Assembly: GCF_020745735.1 (NCBI RefSeq)
Contig: NC_083410.1
Location: forward strand, 32,338,117-32,402,116
From: Hemiscyllium ocellatum
Taxonomy: Eukaryota
Direction of reading: 5' to 3'
Length of the DNA: 64,000 nucleotides
Shown here: positions 10,400 to 23,683 of the stretch, in pieces
How the letters are laid out: each line of letters starts with the position of its first letter
Position numbering within the stretch: the first letter of the stretch is position 1
Translations under genes and position numbers: made by a program
The notes under the pieces: generated by a model
Told to the model about the DNA's origin: nothing
The model's database searches: none
Seen by the model: only the letters and a program-made list of their open reading frames with translations

Positions 10400-11300
10400 T
10401 TGGTTCTACCTTTTCTGCTCTATTACTTTGGTGTTCTTTTTTCTGTTCTATAAAATGCTTCTTTGGTCTAGGATATTTCATGACCAAGTAACTGACTCTA
10501 CTTTCCTGATTTCTTTGGAATTCAAGTTTATAAACAAATTCTATCTACTTCATTTTCTCTCTTTCATTTAATTAGTATCTTTTCATTTCTCTTTCTCTCT
10601 CTAAGTCCAGTTTCTTAACTTCTGACTGTATTGTAGGTAGTTTCAGGTGTGAATCCCAATTTCAGGTTTCCTTCCTTCTAATTCTAAATGTTGGATAATC
10701 TTTTGAACTATCCTTATGAAATTCTGATTATTTTATCTTCAATTTATCTGCTGACTGACTCAAATTAGCTTTCAAATAATGCACTGTCGTGTCTTCCATT
10801 TCCTGAAAATCCTGAGCAACATTCAAAACCATCTTCAAATTCCATGCAACACACTTTACCACAATACGGCTTTTTAGTTTCCAGAATCACATGACCTATT
10901 ATTCTAAAAAGAAAGGTACATATCCTTCCGAAACCCAATGAATTCACCACTAACCCTAATTACCCCATTTGGCATGATCCCAGCTGATGTTATTACTGGA
11001 TAAGTCAGATTCCAGATTGAAATCGGACTTGAAATATCATATTTTGGTTATTTTATTAGTTTTATTAACATTTTCTTTCACTGAAACACAAACATGCAAT
11101 ACCTCAGATTTGGTTTAATCAACAAAGCATGTGTTTATTACAGAAAACAAATGAAGATAAACTAGAATAAACTATTTTTATATCTAACACGGGTATAAAA
11201 GTTTTGAAACATATGAAATACAATCCTATTAATCCCTGGAACACCCCTTTACAGTATTCACACCAGACAAAATTCCCTTCTCCATCACATCTGTAGAATT
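10400..11300 (-). mobile_element. Possible highly decayed LTR retrotransposon 5' region (LTR + gag-like coiled coil)
   Basis: Minus-strand E/K/R-rich segment LKLPTIQSEVKKLDLERERE near 10570-10650; otherwise heavily degraded. Confidence 0.3.
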
Positions 11301-11334
11301 TACCTGACCATATGCTTTCATTTGCACTTTCTTA

Positions 11335-12135
11335 TTGGCAGCCAACATAGTAACAGTATTTCACTGTGCAACCATACTGATTGATTCTGGCTACTCTAAA
11401 AGGAATGGTAGCTCTTATAATGTGTTGTCATCCCCAAATCTGAAAATGGTGGAATTCTCAAATTATTCAATTTTGTTCTTATGTTCATTATTAAGTGGCA
11501 TTTTAACCACTCTTTCCACATATTTCAGATGTGCATCCACTGTCTAATACTGCACAATTGAAAGATTCTGCCACCAACATATTCATCATTGGGCTGAAAT
11601 TATTAACAATATATTGCCCTATTTTTGATCCATTCTCCATTTTCTTCCTCTGAATCTTCTGTTTCGTGTTTGGTTTTGCATGCTCTTTATTAAACCATTT
11701 GGACAGACAGTACTCTGAATCACCCCTGAAATATCAATTGACTATACCCTGATCATTTCTGAGGTTCATTCATTTGTTGTAAGTTCCAGTTCTGTTCACC
11801 TCTCACAGTATTTATGTCCTCATTTCTTTCAACAGCCCATCAATATTGTGTCCTTTACTTTCAGATGTAAGACTATTGTGGCATAAAAAATGCTAGAAGG
11901 GAATGCTTTCCAAAGAATATTTTCAGTAATTCTGACACTTGTTCTATCAGCTTGCTTATCTGAAACTGCCATTGAAACTAGAAATTGGTCTAAACTTGAT
12001 ACTTTGGCACAACCTAATTAACTGAAATGGTAACATAGTTTGGGAATTTATAAATAGATTTTCCACATAATTTGTTGAATTCTATTGTGTACTCTTCTGT
12101 GAGACTACCTTCACTCTTTCTGAATTTGCTATTGA
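11335..12135 (-). mobile_element. Decayed Ty1/copia (GalEa-like) gag-protease fossil
   Basis: Minus-strand KFRKSEGSLTEEYTIEFNKL (gag), a degenerate zinc knuckle near 11700-11760, VAESFNCAVLDSGCTSEICG (protease active site, AVLDSGCTS at 11527-11553) and FRFGD (11430-11444). Confidence 0.65.
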
Positions 12136-12473
12136 CAAGATTAGCATTTTTGGCCATCCCTAATTGTCCAGGACCTTTCAGAGGGCAGTTAAGGGCCAAC
12201 CACATTACTGTGGGCCTGGAATCACATCTCGGTCAGACCAGGTAATGATGTCAGATTTCTCTCCCTGAAGGACATTGGTGAACCAGGTAGACTTTTGCAA
12301 CAATACATAGTAGTTTCATGGTTACCATTGTAGCAATTAGCTTCATTTATCACAGTTATCAATTGAATTTAAATTCCATGGACTTCCATTGGTGGATTTG
12401 AATCAACATGCCCAGAAAAATATGGGCTGCTAGATTGCTATTTCAGTAACATTACTGCTATGCCACCACCTTC
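12135..12473 (-). mobile_element. Second tRNA-derived SINE family, old copy
   Basis: Shares GGGCAGTTAAG..CAACCACATT..CTGGAGTCACAT..CCCTAAAGGACATT blocks with copies at 14795, 16225, 19835 and 29560; B-box-like GGATTTGAA near the right end. Confidence 0.75.
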
Positions 12474-12972
12474 CTAGTAACTAGGAAAAGGACTGATCTT
12501 AAATCATACCTGTAGGTAATACTGAAATCCAGCAACTCTGTCACATTGTCAATCCTTGGTATTAGATTATACATAAAGGAGGGATAGGCTTTTCCAATAG
12601 AAGAGTCAATGTCATCCTGCTGCTGTTAATTTACCAATGAAGGTGTTACCTTGAGCATGACAGCTCTGACTACTGTGTGAGAATAAAGTAAGTATTGTGG
12701 GATGCCTCAGGGTCACAGGGATGCAGTAGTATAAAATAAAAGGTTAGAAATTATTGTTGCTGATATTGGTAGGAAAATACTTAATGCATTTGTATGACAT
12801 TCCTTTGTCCACTAATTCAACAGAGGTGCTAACCAGTTCATTTTAAATGGACTAATGTGTCTGATAAAATAATAGAGAAATGTTATTTGAATGCATTAAG
12901 TATTAGTCTGCTCACATTGTCAGTCTCAGAGAATTTTGGATGTTCACCATTAAAAAAAATGGCACATACAAG

Positions 12973-12973
<1 letters not shown>

Positions 12974-13003
<30 letters not shown>
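12974..13003. repeat. (TG)15 microsatellite
   Basis: Direct reading. Confidence 0.99.
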
Positions 13004-13007
<4 letters not shown>

Positions 13008-14049
13008 TCCACTTACTCTTCCTTGTTCAGATAGGGTACAAAGTTGCTGATGCAGAATCTTATGGATGGTTTATCAAAAATCTTTGTGTACAAATGAATA
13101 TAATCACTGAACCAAGGCTGACAACAAGAGTTATACACGGGAGATTCACATGAACTAATATGTACCCTGACTTGTTTAGACATACAGATTTTTAAAATGC
13201 TAATACAGTCTTAAAAGAAATAAGTAATTTTAATACGGATTATGATTCTTTAAAATTGATTTTCAGTGATCCCTATGCACTAGTGGATTTGTCATACAGA
13301 TATATTCCAAACAATGTAAGCAAAAAGCTCTCATTATTTTACATGGAATGTTACAATGTATGGATACACAGCAAAGGCATAACTTTTTAAAATTACTTCT
13401 CACAAGTCTAAATCTAAGTGTACTGTTTATTACCCAAACCATTTGGGAAGGTACTTGTAAGTTGCTTTCTTGAAACTCTGCAAGTTATGGCAGTAGGTAC
13501 AGAGACAGTGCTGTTAGGAAGCGAGTTTCTAAGGGAAGGCAGACCAGCCCCAGACCAGATCCACCACCCATCCCATATAATCCCCCACTGCCAGCCTACT
13601 CACAGAATTGACTCCCACTGTCCAGTAGCCTGACTTCCCCCCTATGAATCAAATACCTCCCTACCTCAGCTGGCCTGATCCCCCACACTAATGACACACA
13701 ATAGCCCCATTCCAATTCACTGGCTTGATATCCTCGCACCCACACCCCCTCTCCCCCACCTCCACATCTGGATAATACCTTCAAATGACTAAACACCACA
13801 CTCCCAACCTACCCTAAGCGCTATGTCAGATATCTGATACACTGACACCTTGTTCATTTGGCACCCTGCCACCTGGCACCTACATACTTGGCACACTGAT
13901 AATATAGTGGCAATTGTCCCCATATCAATCTTAAAATTAATGAAATGTCCATTGCCAAAATGTTTGACTTGGATTACCTATTTCCCCCAGAAGACCTTTC
14001 ATCTTCTATTTTTGTATCTTTACTCAATTAATTGTTTGGTTTTTCATTG

Positions 14050-14540
14050 GAACTTTGTTGTTCGGTAACTGTCTTAACTTCTACACATTTTCTTACACCT
14101 TGACTTAGAGGTGACGCATTCTTTTTTAATAGCTGAGTGCTGCTTGTGCCAGTGAGATTTCTTTTCTCCACAGTGTTAGCACTAACTCTTAGTTTCTGCT
14201 GTCTGGTCAACTCTCATTTCTCACATGTGCCTTTCGGGTCATTGTACTTTGGGAACTGAATGGATTCTGATTATCTGTGATCAGGCTGATTTCTTATAAT
14301 TAATCTCTGATTTTTTCAAACTTCTGCTCCACTTTTGATCTGGATGGTTTTCTCTAAAGTTAAAGCTTCATTGGATTCTAATTAATCTGGCAAAGATTCA
14401 TCAGTAATTCCAACAGCAATTCTGTCTTTTACAAATGTTGGATTTAAATCCATAATCACATTTCTCCACCAATCTGTGGAGATCATTAATGAAATTACTT
14501 TCCGAATGCTCTGGATGCTGTACTCTTCTATTAAATCTTG
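14050..14540 (-). mobile_element. Decayed Gypsy gag fragment
   Basis: Minus-strand FINDLHRLVEKCDYGFKSNICKDRIAVGITDESL..LESNEALTLEKTIQI, followed by the knuckle remnant C*HCGEKKSHWHKQHSAIKKEC. Confidence 0.7.
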
Positions 14541-14794
14541 CCAATTAAAGAGTTGTTAAAAGCTTGCTCAACTTTATCAAAAGTATCAGGGTGTTATTTT
14601 ATGTTTTGTCTGTTTCAAAGGCCAATATCCATAATTAGAACGAGTCAACAAAAGACTTGCAGATATTTACAAGGGCTTTATTACAAAACTAAAATGCAGC
14701 TCAAAGATGAGTTTCCATGTTTTCCTTCCACTGTCCAGAAGCCAACTCCCCACAGGGGCAGAATTCAGCTCTTGACATTTTTTTTATTCATTAA

Positions 14795-15118
14795 TGGGAT
14801 GAGAGTGTCATTGGCTAGGCCAGCATTTATTACCCATCCGTTTTGACCAGGGGGCAGTTAAAAGTCAACAACATTGCTGTGAATCTGGAGTCACATGTAG
14901 GCTAGACCAGATAAAGATGGCAGTTTCCTTCCCTAAAGGACATTAGCGAAACAGATGGATTTTTCCAACAATCAACAATGGTCATCATTGTACTCTTAAT
15001 TCCAGATATTTATTGAATTTAAATTCCACCATCTGCTGTGGCAGGATTCAAACCTGGGTCCCTGAATGTTATCTGGATCTTTGGATTACCAGTCCAGTGA
15101 TAATACCACTAGACCATT
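14795..15118 (-). mobile_element. Second SINE family copy
   Basis: Same blocks as 12135-12473. Confidence 0.8.
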
Positions 15119-15219
15119 ATTTTATATTTAAATTTCTAATCGACCTGTTCAGACATGTTATGATACATATCTGGAGCAGATGGGGCTTGAATCCAGGCCT
15201 TCAATCCAGAAGAACCTGT

Positions 15220-16170
15220 CAGAGTTCCACTCCTTTTTTCCATATCCAGACATTCCTTTATACATAACTGAACATTATTTTTTTCCACCATCAAATCACC
15301 CATGTTTCTACTTAAGTGAAACATTTATTAGCATTCCCTAACAGAGTTAGTGGAGAATTCCAATCTTTTTTCTCTTTTTTTACAAACTGAAGTGTTTTTA
15401 CACACCAGTGAACATTTTGTTCCACCACAAAATCACCTGTGTTTCCTTTCTCCTTTATCCTCCAATGCTAAATCACTGTTATTTCCAAACTAATTATCAA
15501 AGCCTATCTGGAGTAATGCAATAACCCCAAAGATGAGGGAAAGAGGGAAGGGACTAAATCAAAATGGAGTTGAAGGGGAAAATAAGGCAATCCAACTTCT
15601 GTGGTACCCACCTCTCTCTAAAGGCATTACGACATACATTCTCCCTCACCAAGAACATCTAGGCGAAAGTTCCACTCTTCGGGTTTTGCATCCAGAAGTG
15701 TTTTGCACATAATTGAATGTTTTTTTTCCATCAACAATTCACTGGAGTTTCCCTTTACCTTCCATCTCAAACTCACCCATGTTTCCATCTAAATTACAAT
15801 TGACATGCAAAGCCCATCAGTGATAGCGCAGTGACACCAACCAAACAATAGAAAAGGTAGGGAAAGAGGGAGGGAACTCAATCAAAATGGTGTTAAAGGA
15901 GGAAAGAGAGTTCCACTCTTTTCCTTTTATCTTTTCTTATGTTCAGAAATGCTTTCACGCACAACAGAATGATTTTTATCCCATCACCAAATGTCCTGCA
16001 TTGCTTTTTGTCGTTAACCTCCACCAATAAATCACTCTCCAGTTAATCAAATTACTTGCAAAACCCAGCAAGAGCAATGCATATTTCATTCCTTCCTTTC
16101 TTTTATACTCAGATGTGCTGTTACACACAACTGAAGTCGTTTTACTCCCCGTCATCAAATCACTTGTTGT
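15220..16170. repeat. Degenerate array of ~85-bp units with variable spacers
   Basis: About five copies of TTCCACTC..CAGA..ACAYAACTGAA..TTTTTCCACCATCAAATCACC.GTGTTTC (~15225, 15357, 15670, 15911, 16090), plus two copies of AAGAGGGA.GGGA..AATCAAAATGG (~15541, 15864). Confidence 0.6.
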
Positions 16171-16224
16171 ACTTGTTCATTTATTAACCACCTAAAGCAC
16201 CGCTCTTTTGTTTGTTCATTGATA

Positions 16225-16545
16225 GCATGTGGGCATTACTGGCTAGGTCAACATTTATTGCACATCTCTATTTTTTAACAGTCAATTCTTGATTGACATA
16301 CAGATGTAGACCAGACTGGGTAAGGATGGCGGATTTTCTTCCCTAAAGGACATCAGCGAAACATTTTATTTTCCAGACAATCAACAGTGGTTACACCTGG
16401 TCACTATATCTTTAGTGCAGATTATTACTGAATTCAAATTTTACCATCTACGTGGCTGGATTTGAAACCATATCCTCAGAATGTTGACTTGAGTTTATGG
16501 TTTACTAATTCAGTGGACATTATAATTACAACGTCACATTCCTCA
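16225..16545 (-). mobile_element. Second SINE family copy, decayed
   Basis: Same blocks as 14795-15118. Confidence 0.7.
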
Positions 16546-17126
16546 GTGATTTTGCAGAGATGAATTGCTATTTGTAGCACTTCTAATGATTGCTTATGGT
16601 TTGAATAAAGATTCCTTTCTCTTTAGTGGCTTTACTGCATGAATATGGTTGTCTGTGAATTAATGAATTCTTCTTAACCATTGTTTCTGTTATGTTTCTT
16701 CTGACTCCAACTGTGACCTCAATAGTTTGCTTACAAACATCTATTTGTTTAAGATTTTCATTGCCCAACATTGCTTTAATTGCTCGAGCTTTATTACATA
16801 CCAGTTCTGTGACCCCATTTTCAAATCACTTCTGGGGTCATTGATTTCCCTTACTGTAGCAGAGCCTAGTAGTGTCTGCTCCCTATGGTCACAACACTCA
16901 CTCTGAGCTGCAAATGCCTTGCTTTCGTCTAGATTTAATAGACTGCAAATGTGCCATTTTTCAAAAAAAATTGTATTCTCCTTGTTAATCAGGAATTTTA
17001 ACCTCTGATGTCTATTAATTCTCCAATCTAGAACTGTCAAGTATTGCTTGTGCTCCAACTCCATGTAGCTTCCAGCTCACATTGTTTATTTGCCTCTCTT
17101 TCCAGGTCTGACATGATTTTCTTTGG

Positions 17127-17482
17127 ATCATAGAATCCCTGCAGTGTGGAGAGAGGCCATTTGGCCCATCAAGTCTGCACTGACCCTCCAAAGACCATCC
17201 CAACCAGAATCATGCCCCCTCCCCTATCCCCATAACCCTGCATTTATCCTGCTAATCCACTTAGCCTGCACATTCCTGGACACTACAGAGCAATTTAGCA
17301 TGGGCAATCCACCTAACTCGCATCTTTGGATTGTGGGTGGAACCAGAGCACCCAGCAGAAACCCGTGCAGAGACGGGGAGAAGATGCAAAAATCCACACT
17401 GCTAGTCACTCAAATTTGGAATTGAGCCAAGCTCCCTAGCTCTGTGCAGCAGCAGTGCTAACCACTATGCCAGTATGCTGTC
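17127..17482 (-). mobile_element. HE1-related SINE
   Basis: HE1-type core (CAATTTAGCATGG..CACCTAAC..CATCTTTGGA) with a GATTCTATGAT tail. Confidence 0.85.
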
Positions 17483-17489
17483 AATGGCA

Positions 17490-18910
17490 AGCACTGTCAA
17501 CCACATTTCCCTTGATGCTAGATTGTCCTTTGTTGATTCTTATGATTTGTCCACTGTTTGCTGGCTATTTGCACAGAGTGCTCTTACATTGGTATCTGGA
17601 AAGTTTGTCTGGGTTTGCTAGAATTTGTGCTGTACAGCTAAATCAAATTGTAAACCCACAGCTGCCATCATGTTATAATGGTGCAGCTGAATTGTATCCT
17701 TAGATGACCATGCTAATGTCATGTGGTTCTTACTGCAGTCTCCTTGATGAAATATACATTTCTGTCATCATCCTTGTTTTAATTTGGGATCTGAAAGGTC
17801 TATTTTGATCCATATGGAACAGGAACATCACTTGGTAGTCTAATGGAAAGAGGCCCTTGATTTATTGCATGACAGCAATGGTATATAAATTGCATTATTA
17901 GAATGTACATTGCTACTAAGTCTGTTGGGAAACCTAGGCTAAGAGATCAATCCCCTTCAAGATCAGAGGATGTTTTGCCTTTCTCCACCAAGTTCTTGTG
18001 ACATCATCAGATTCTGACATGGTCTCCTGAAATCCTCATTAACCAGGATTGATTTATTGAGGATGATGTTGTTAGATTAAGGGATATGATGTGCCAAGAG
18101 TTTATATAATGGTTGAATATAATGTGCTTAGTGTTTGAATGCAATTCTGCTGCTTCTAATGACCCATGGTGCCTCATGGTTGCTAGTTTTGAGCTGCTAG
18201 ATCTGTTCAAAATCCCATTTAGCAAAGTGATAATTGTGCACAATATGATGGATGGTATCTTCACTGTGATCATGAGACTTTGTGTCCAGGAGGACTGCAA
18301 TGGTCAGACTCACTAATCCTGTCATAGGTGCATCTGCAGTAGGTCAAATGGAGAGGATGATTTCAAATAGGCTTACCCTCTTTTGATTTTTCCCTCTCTA
18401 GCTGCTGTAGGTGTAGTTTGGCAAATATGTCCTTCAGGACTTGGCCAAATTAATCAGTGATGGTGTGATCAACCCACTCTGTATTAGGCAGTGACAATCC
18501 TTACCTAGAATCCTTCCTGTGCCCTTGCTATCTTCAGTGTTTCTTCTAAGTATTAATTAACACAGTAAAGCTGTGATTCATCAGTTGTCAGAAAACAGCT
18601 TCCTGATGAAGGGCTTATGCCCGAAACGTCGAATTTCCTATTCCTTGGATGCTGCCTGACCTGCTGTGCTTTAACCAGCAACACATTTTCAACAGAAAAC
18701 AGCAAGTGGTGAGCAGAAAGAGATTACCATGCCCATGTTTAACTTGCTGCTAGGAGACTTCATGGGAAGCAGACAGTGAATGTTAAGGACGCCCAGGACA
18801 CTCCCTCTTGAAAGTATACAATTGCACTTATCTCTAGAGGATCTGTCAGGTTTGTTGGACTGAATATATTGGATATACCAGAGGGTGATGGTGTTGTATC
18901 CAAATAATTG
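17490..18910 (-). mobile_element. Very decayed LINE (CR1/L2 group) endonuclease region
   Basis: Remnants of AP-endonuclease-like motifs on the minus strand around 18400-18560; no intact ORF. Confidence 0.4.
18600..18692 (+). mobile_element. 93-bp Penelope-derived insertion starting with an intact minimal hammerhead ribozyme
   Basis: TTC-CTGATGA-A-GGGC TTAT GCCC-GAAA-CGTC-GAA (18600-18633); 11-bp TSD CAGAAAACAGC at 18589-18599 and 18693-18703; sequence matches the end of the GIY-YIG element at 39448-40138. Confidence 0.9.
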
Positions 18911-19599
18911 TTTTTTCTCACTGAGGACAAATTGTTATGATCAGAAGCAGGAACTTGCTGATTTTTTCCCTCCCTCATCTAGTTCAATGGCTTTATCACA
19001 CATTTAGTGAGACTTACATAGAGTGTACTCATCCAATTCCTTGATACTTTGCCTCATAACCCACTTTGTTATAATGGTTTGCAATAAAATAATGTTCATG
19101 ATGACACGTTTGAGTAAATGAGTTTCTCAAAGATATGTAGAAGCGAAGTCACAGCTTAGTTTGAGCTGACATTTACCTTAAACAAGCTAAAATAATTATA
19201 AGCCTTCAGTCCTTTTTTCAATTTGTTAGTTTCTGAATGTTTTTTCAAGAATGATTCTGATTTTCTTTGGTGTTGGTGCAGTTGCTATCAAGAGATCCTT
19301 TTAAGATGTTTAATTCAGCTCAATGCTGAGATTATTGACAACAAGGAAATGTGAAAGATCCAAGTTAAATTTAAAATGTTATGGACATGCAGAGTGAAGG
19401 AGAGGAATAAAGGTAAGTAGATTTTGGAAGATTGCCTGACTGGAGACAAAAGATCATCTCAAAGAACTTTCCAACCATGTTCTTCCATTCATTTTTCTAA
19501 TTTATGATTTAGCAATAGCAAGAAAAAATGTTGTAAATTTCAGAGTTCAATGCACTTCACTAAAATGGCATATTTAACGTTCAAGTTTTTCCAACTCTC

Positions 19600-21200
19600 C
19601 TTGTAGTAAGCACACTCCAATTCAGGCAACAGCCTGATAGAGTTCTTTTGCAACCACTCCAAAGCTTCCACATCCTTCTGAAAGTGTGTTGACCGCAACT
19701 GTATTCATCGCTCCAAATGTGGCTGAACTAAAGTCTTACACAACTGCAACACAATTTGCCAACTTTTATGCTCATTTATCTAATCGATAAATGTAAGCCT
19801 TCCTCACCACCTATTCCACTTCCTAAAAATTGATTCACGGGATGTGGATGTCACTGGCCAGGCCAGTATTTGGTGCACATCTCTCATGCCAGTAGGCAAT
19901 TACAGTCAACTACATTCCTATGGGTCTGGAGTCACACATAGGCCAAACCAGGGAATGACAATTTCCTTACTAAACTTTCCTTCCCTAAAAGACATTGGTT
20001 AATGAAATGGATTTTTCTGCCAATTAGCAACAGCTTCATGGTCATCATTAGACCCTTAATCCCAGATTTTGTTTTATTGAATTCAAAATTTTCACTATCT
20101 GCCATGGCGAATTTGAACACTGGTCCCCAGGACATCACCTAGGTCTCTGGGCTACTAATCCAGTGATAACACCAAAAGGCCTTTGCCTCCCTTGGTGTTG
20201 CCTCTTTCAGGGAACTATTGACTTGAACCCCAAGTTCCCCTTACATCAATGCCCCTAAGGGTCCTGCCACTTACTGTATACTTCCGTTTTGCATTGGACC
20301 TGGCAAAATGCATCACCACACATTTCTCCAGATTAATTCCCAGCTGCCATTTCTCCGCCTGACTTTCCAACTAATCTATATCCTGATGTATCCTTTGACA
20401 ATGTTCCTTGCTATCTGCAGCTCCACTAATTTCTATGTCATCCGCAAACTTACCATTCACATCACCTACTTTTTATCTAAATCATTCCTATGTATTACAA
20501 ACAATAGAGATGCCAGCAATGATCATTTTAGAATATCACTGGTCACAGACTGCAGTCAGTGGAACACTCCTCCACAATTACTTTCTGTCTTCTATGGTCA
20601 AGCTAATTTTATATCCAACTTACGAATTCAGCATGGATTCCATATGGTTTAATCTTCTGGACCAGACTATCTTGAAAGACCTTGTCAAACACTTCAATAA
20701 AGTCCACATAGACAACATGCACTGCCCACCCTCATCAACCTCTTAATCACTTTCTCAAAAAGCTCAATCAAATTTGTGAGACAAGTCGTCCCCTATACAA
20801 AGCCATGATAACTCTCCCTAATAAATCCATTCTTTTCCAAATGTGAGTAAATCCTATATCTAAGAATCCTCTACAATAATTTCCCGAGCAGTGATGTAAG
20901 TCTCACTGGCCTATAATTTCCTGACTATCCCTGGTGCCCATCTTAAACACAAGGAAAACATTGGCTATTCTCCAGTCTTCTAGGACCTCACAAGTGACTA
21001 AAGAGGATACAAAGATCTCTGTCAAAGACTCAGGAAACTCTTTCCTTGCTTCCCTCAGTATCCTGGGATACACTCCATTAGTCCCTGGGGATTTACTTAC
21101 CTTAATGTTTTTCAAGACACACAACATATCCTCCTCCTTAATTACTATATTCCTTAGAATATCAACATACCCTGCTCTAATCTTACCATAATCCACATAT
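19600..21200 (-). mobile_element. Decayed CR1 LINE ORF2, interrupted by a SINE
   Basis: KSPGTNGVYPRILREAR, EDWRIANV (ORF 20903-21238); RT remnants to ~20190, resuming left of 19835. Confidence 0.85.
19835..20190 (-). mobile_element. Second SINE family copy nested in CR1
   Basis: Same blocks as 14795-15118. Confidence 0.8.
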
Positions 21201-21654
21201 ATGAGTATCTTTTTGGAAATTGAGAGGATAATGGTCATTGGAAGCTAAAATGAATGTTAAATGGGATGAATTGGCACTCAGCAGGGGAGAGAAACAAAGA
21301 TAGAACTTGAGGCATCAGGCACTGAAGAGTCAATTGGAAACAATGGTCAGCATAGTTTAAGGATAAAAGGGAGAAGAGCAGAGTTCAGGTGGTGAATAGT
21401 GATGTAAATTCTTAAGGTGAAGTGAGTACTAAAGTAACCACAGCTGTTACAGCAGAAATGACAATGAGTTAAACGATAGCATCAAGACAGAAGGATAGGG
21501 TAGGGACAGTTGCTCAACTGAGAGTTTTATACACTAACACAAGTAATATAAGAAGAGTCAAACATAACTTGTGGGGTATGACATTTTGGCTGTTACTGAG
21601 ACATGGCAGAAATCTGGTACTGAATATAACTTAGTATTCCAATATTAATATCAT

Positions 21655-21950
21655 CCAAAACTAGAGGGTATCGATTTAAGGTGAGAGGGGAAAGATTTAA
21701 AAAGGACTTGAAAGGTAACATTTTCACACAGAGGTTGGAGCATATATGGAATGAGCTGCCAGAGGAAGTGGTGGGAGTAGGTACAATTACATTTAAAAGG
21801 CATCTGGATGGGTATATGAGTAGGAATGGTTTAGAGGGATATAGTCCAAATGCTGGCAAGTGGGACTAGGTCAGATTTGGACGTTTGGTCGGCACAAACG
21901 AGTTGGACCAAAGGGTCTGTCCCTGTGCTTCGTGTCTTTATGACCCTCTA
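21655..21950 (+). mobile_element. CR1 3' end
   Basis: RGERFKKDLKGNIFTQR..WNELPEEVV, then the 3'UTR and tail. Confidence 0.9.
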
Positions 21951-23164
21951 AACTAGTAATATGTTGGCCCTAGCTCCTGTATTAATTTCAACTTTCAGAG
22001 TATGTTTTCCTATCTCTAAGACATGCAATGCTCATGGTCTTTTCTGATTATCTTATACTGTCGACATTGTGTGTGTGACATTAATAAGAGGGGAAGTTGA
22101 ATCATCTTTTGATACAAAAGCAAAATACTACAGACTCTGGAGATCTGACATACGAGCAGAAAGTGCTGGAAAAACTCAATGGTCTGGCAGCATCTGGGGA
22201 AGAGAGAAACTGAATTAACGTTTCAAGTCTAATATAACTCTTCATTAAAAATGGACTGTTGGATTTCCGAGTTAAATAGAAGAGTGACATTAGACTCAAT
22301 ATTAACACTGTTTCTCATCTTCTGATATTTATCTTTTGCTTGCTTATTCTGAACTTCATTGATGTGTTTCCTTTTACAAATATTCTTAATACCTTCCTTG
22401 CTGGCAGTTATGTGGTGTTGTAGCTGTGTTGTTGGTTACATGTGCTTTGTTTTGGTACCTGGCTTGACCTTTGGAACCGAATTTCTTGTATATCCATGTC
22501 AAATGTCTCTTGATGATACATGCTTTGGTTAAGTGTGACAACCCATGTCTGAACATATTGCTGATTTCATCCGCTTTGCTGATTGTCGCAATAGTTCATT
22601 GTTGTAAGGCTGCAATATCACTACGTACTTGTATACATTTTCAAGTGATGTGTCAATGGTTTAGTTTTTTCTCTTGACCAGTTGTTGCTTTCTAAAGGCT
22701 TTAATTGGTGTGAAGATGATCACTAATTTAATGACAGTTCTATTTTGGAAAGTCGTACACATTCCCTTTGCTATGGCAGCTCATGACAAACTGTTTAACA
22801 GATTCCTGAGGTTGAATTTCAGTACAGCATGAGTTAAAGTCAGTTTGCCCTGTAGTTAATTCTTATCTTGAGGAGATCTTTGAGAATATGACAAATCTTT
22901 TCTGCATATTTCTGGTCATTGATGGATAAATGAGATACCTTAAACTGGAACAGTGGGATTTGAACCCACGTTCCCAGGACAATTAGCCAGGGATTCTGCA
23001 ATATTAGTCCAATGGTATTATATACTATCTCTTCATGTGTAAATTAATAGCACATGGATCAGGAACAGTGGAGGTCCAAAGACATTTCTGGGTCCACATA
23101 CGTAACTGCAAGAATATTATCATAAAAGCTAATTGAATCTTAGCTTTTGTAAAGATTTAGAATA

Positions 23165-23500
23165 TGAAAGGGTGTAATATTTTCTACTGCAATATAAAAC
23201 CTCCTTAGACCACATTTGGAGTATATGTACAATTCTGGGTATCACACTTTGAAACAACGTATTGGAAAGAATTCTGTATAGATTCACCAAGATGTTGCTG
23301 CTGCTTCTCGCTGGCCTGACTACCGATAGCAATTTAGGTTTTTATTTCACCAAAATGTTGCCAGCTTTCCAAGGGTTGGATTATGAGGAAAATCATATGA
23401 AATAGATTTGTATTCCCTGGAATATAGAGTTAGAGGGTAATTAGATTGAGCTTTTTGAATTTTAAATTCTAATATAACGTCAATAGAGAAAAACATTTTC
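23165..23500 (+). mobile_element. Decayed CR1 fragment
   Basis: LQYKTSLDHIWS-like remnants of LYKTLVRPHLEYCVQFW, and RFTKML. Confidence 0.6.
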
Positions 23501-23683
23501 ATTTCATACTTCTAAAGTTCAGGAGAGAAATTTCGAAGCATTCCTTTTTGCAATGGATAGTATGAGGAAATCATTTTTTTTGTCTATAAATTAGCAGCTG
23601 TGGAGAGTGATAGTTGGCTGGATATTGTAACACTTGAAACACCAAATGCTCCAAAGTTGGTACATTCAATTGTGAAAGGAGTA

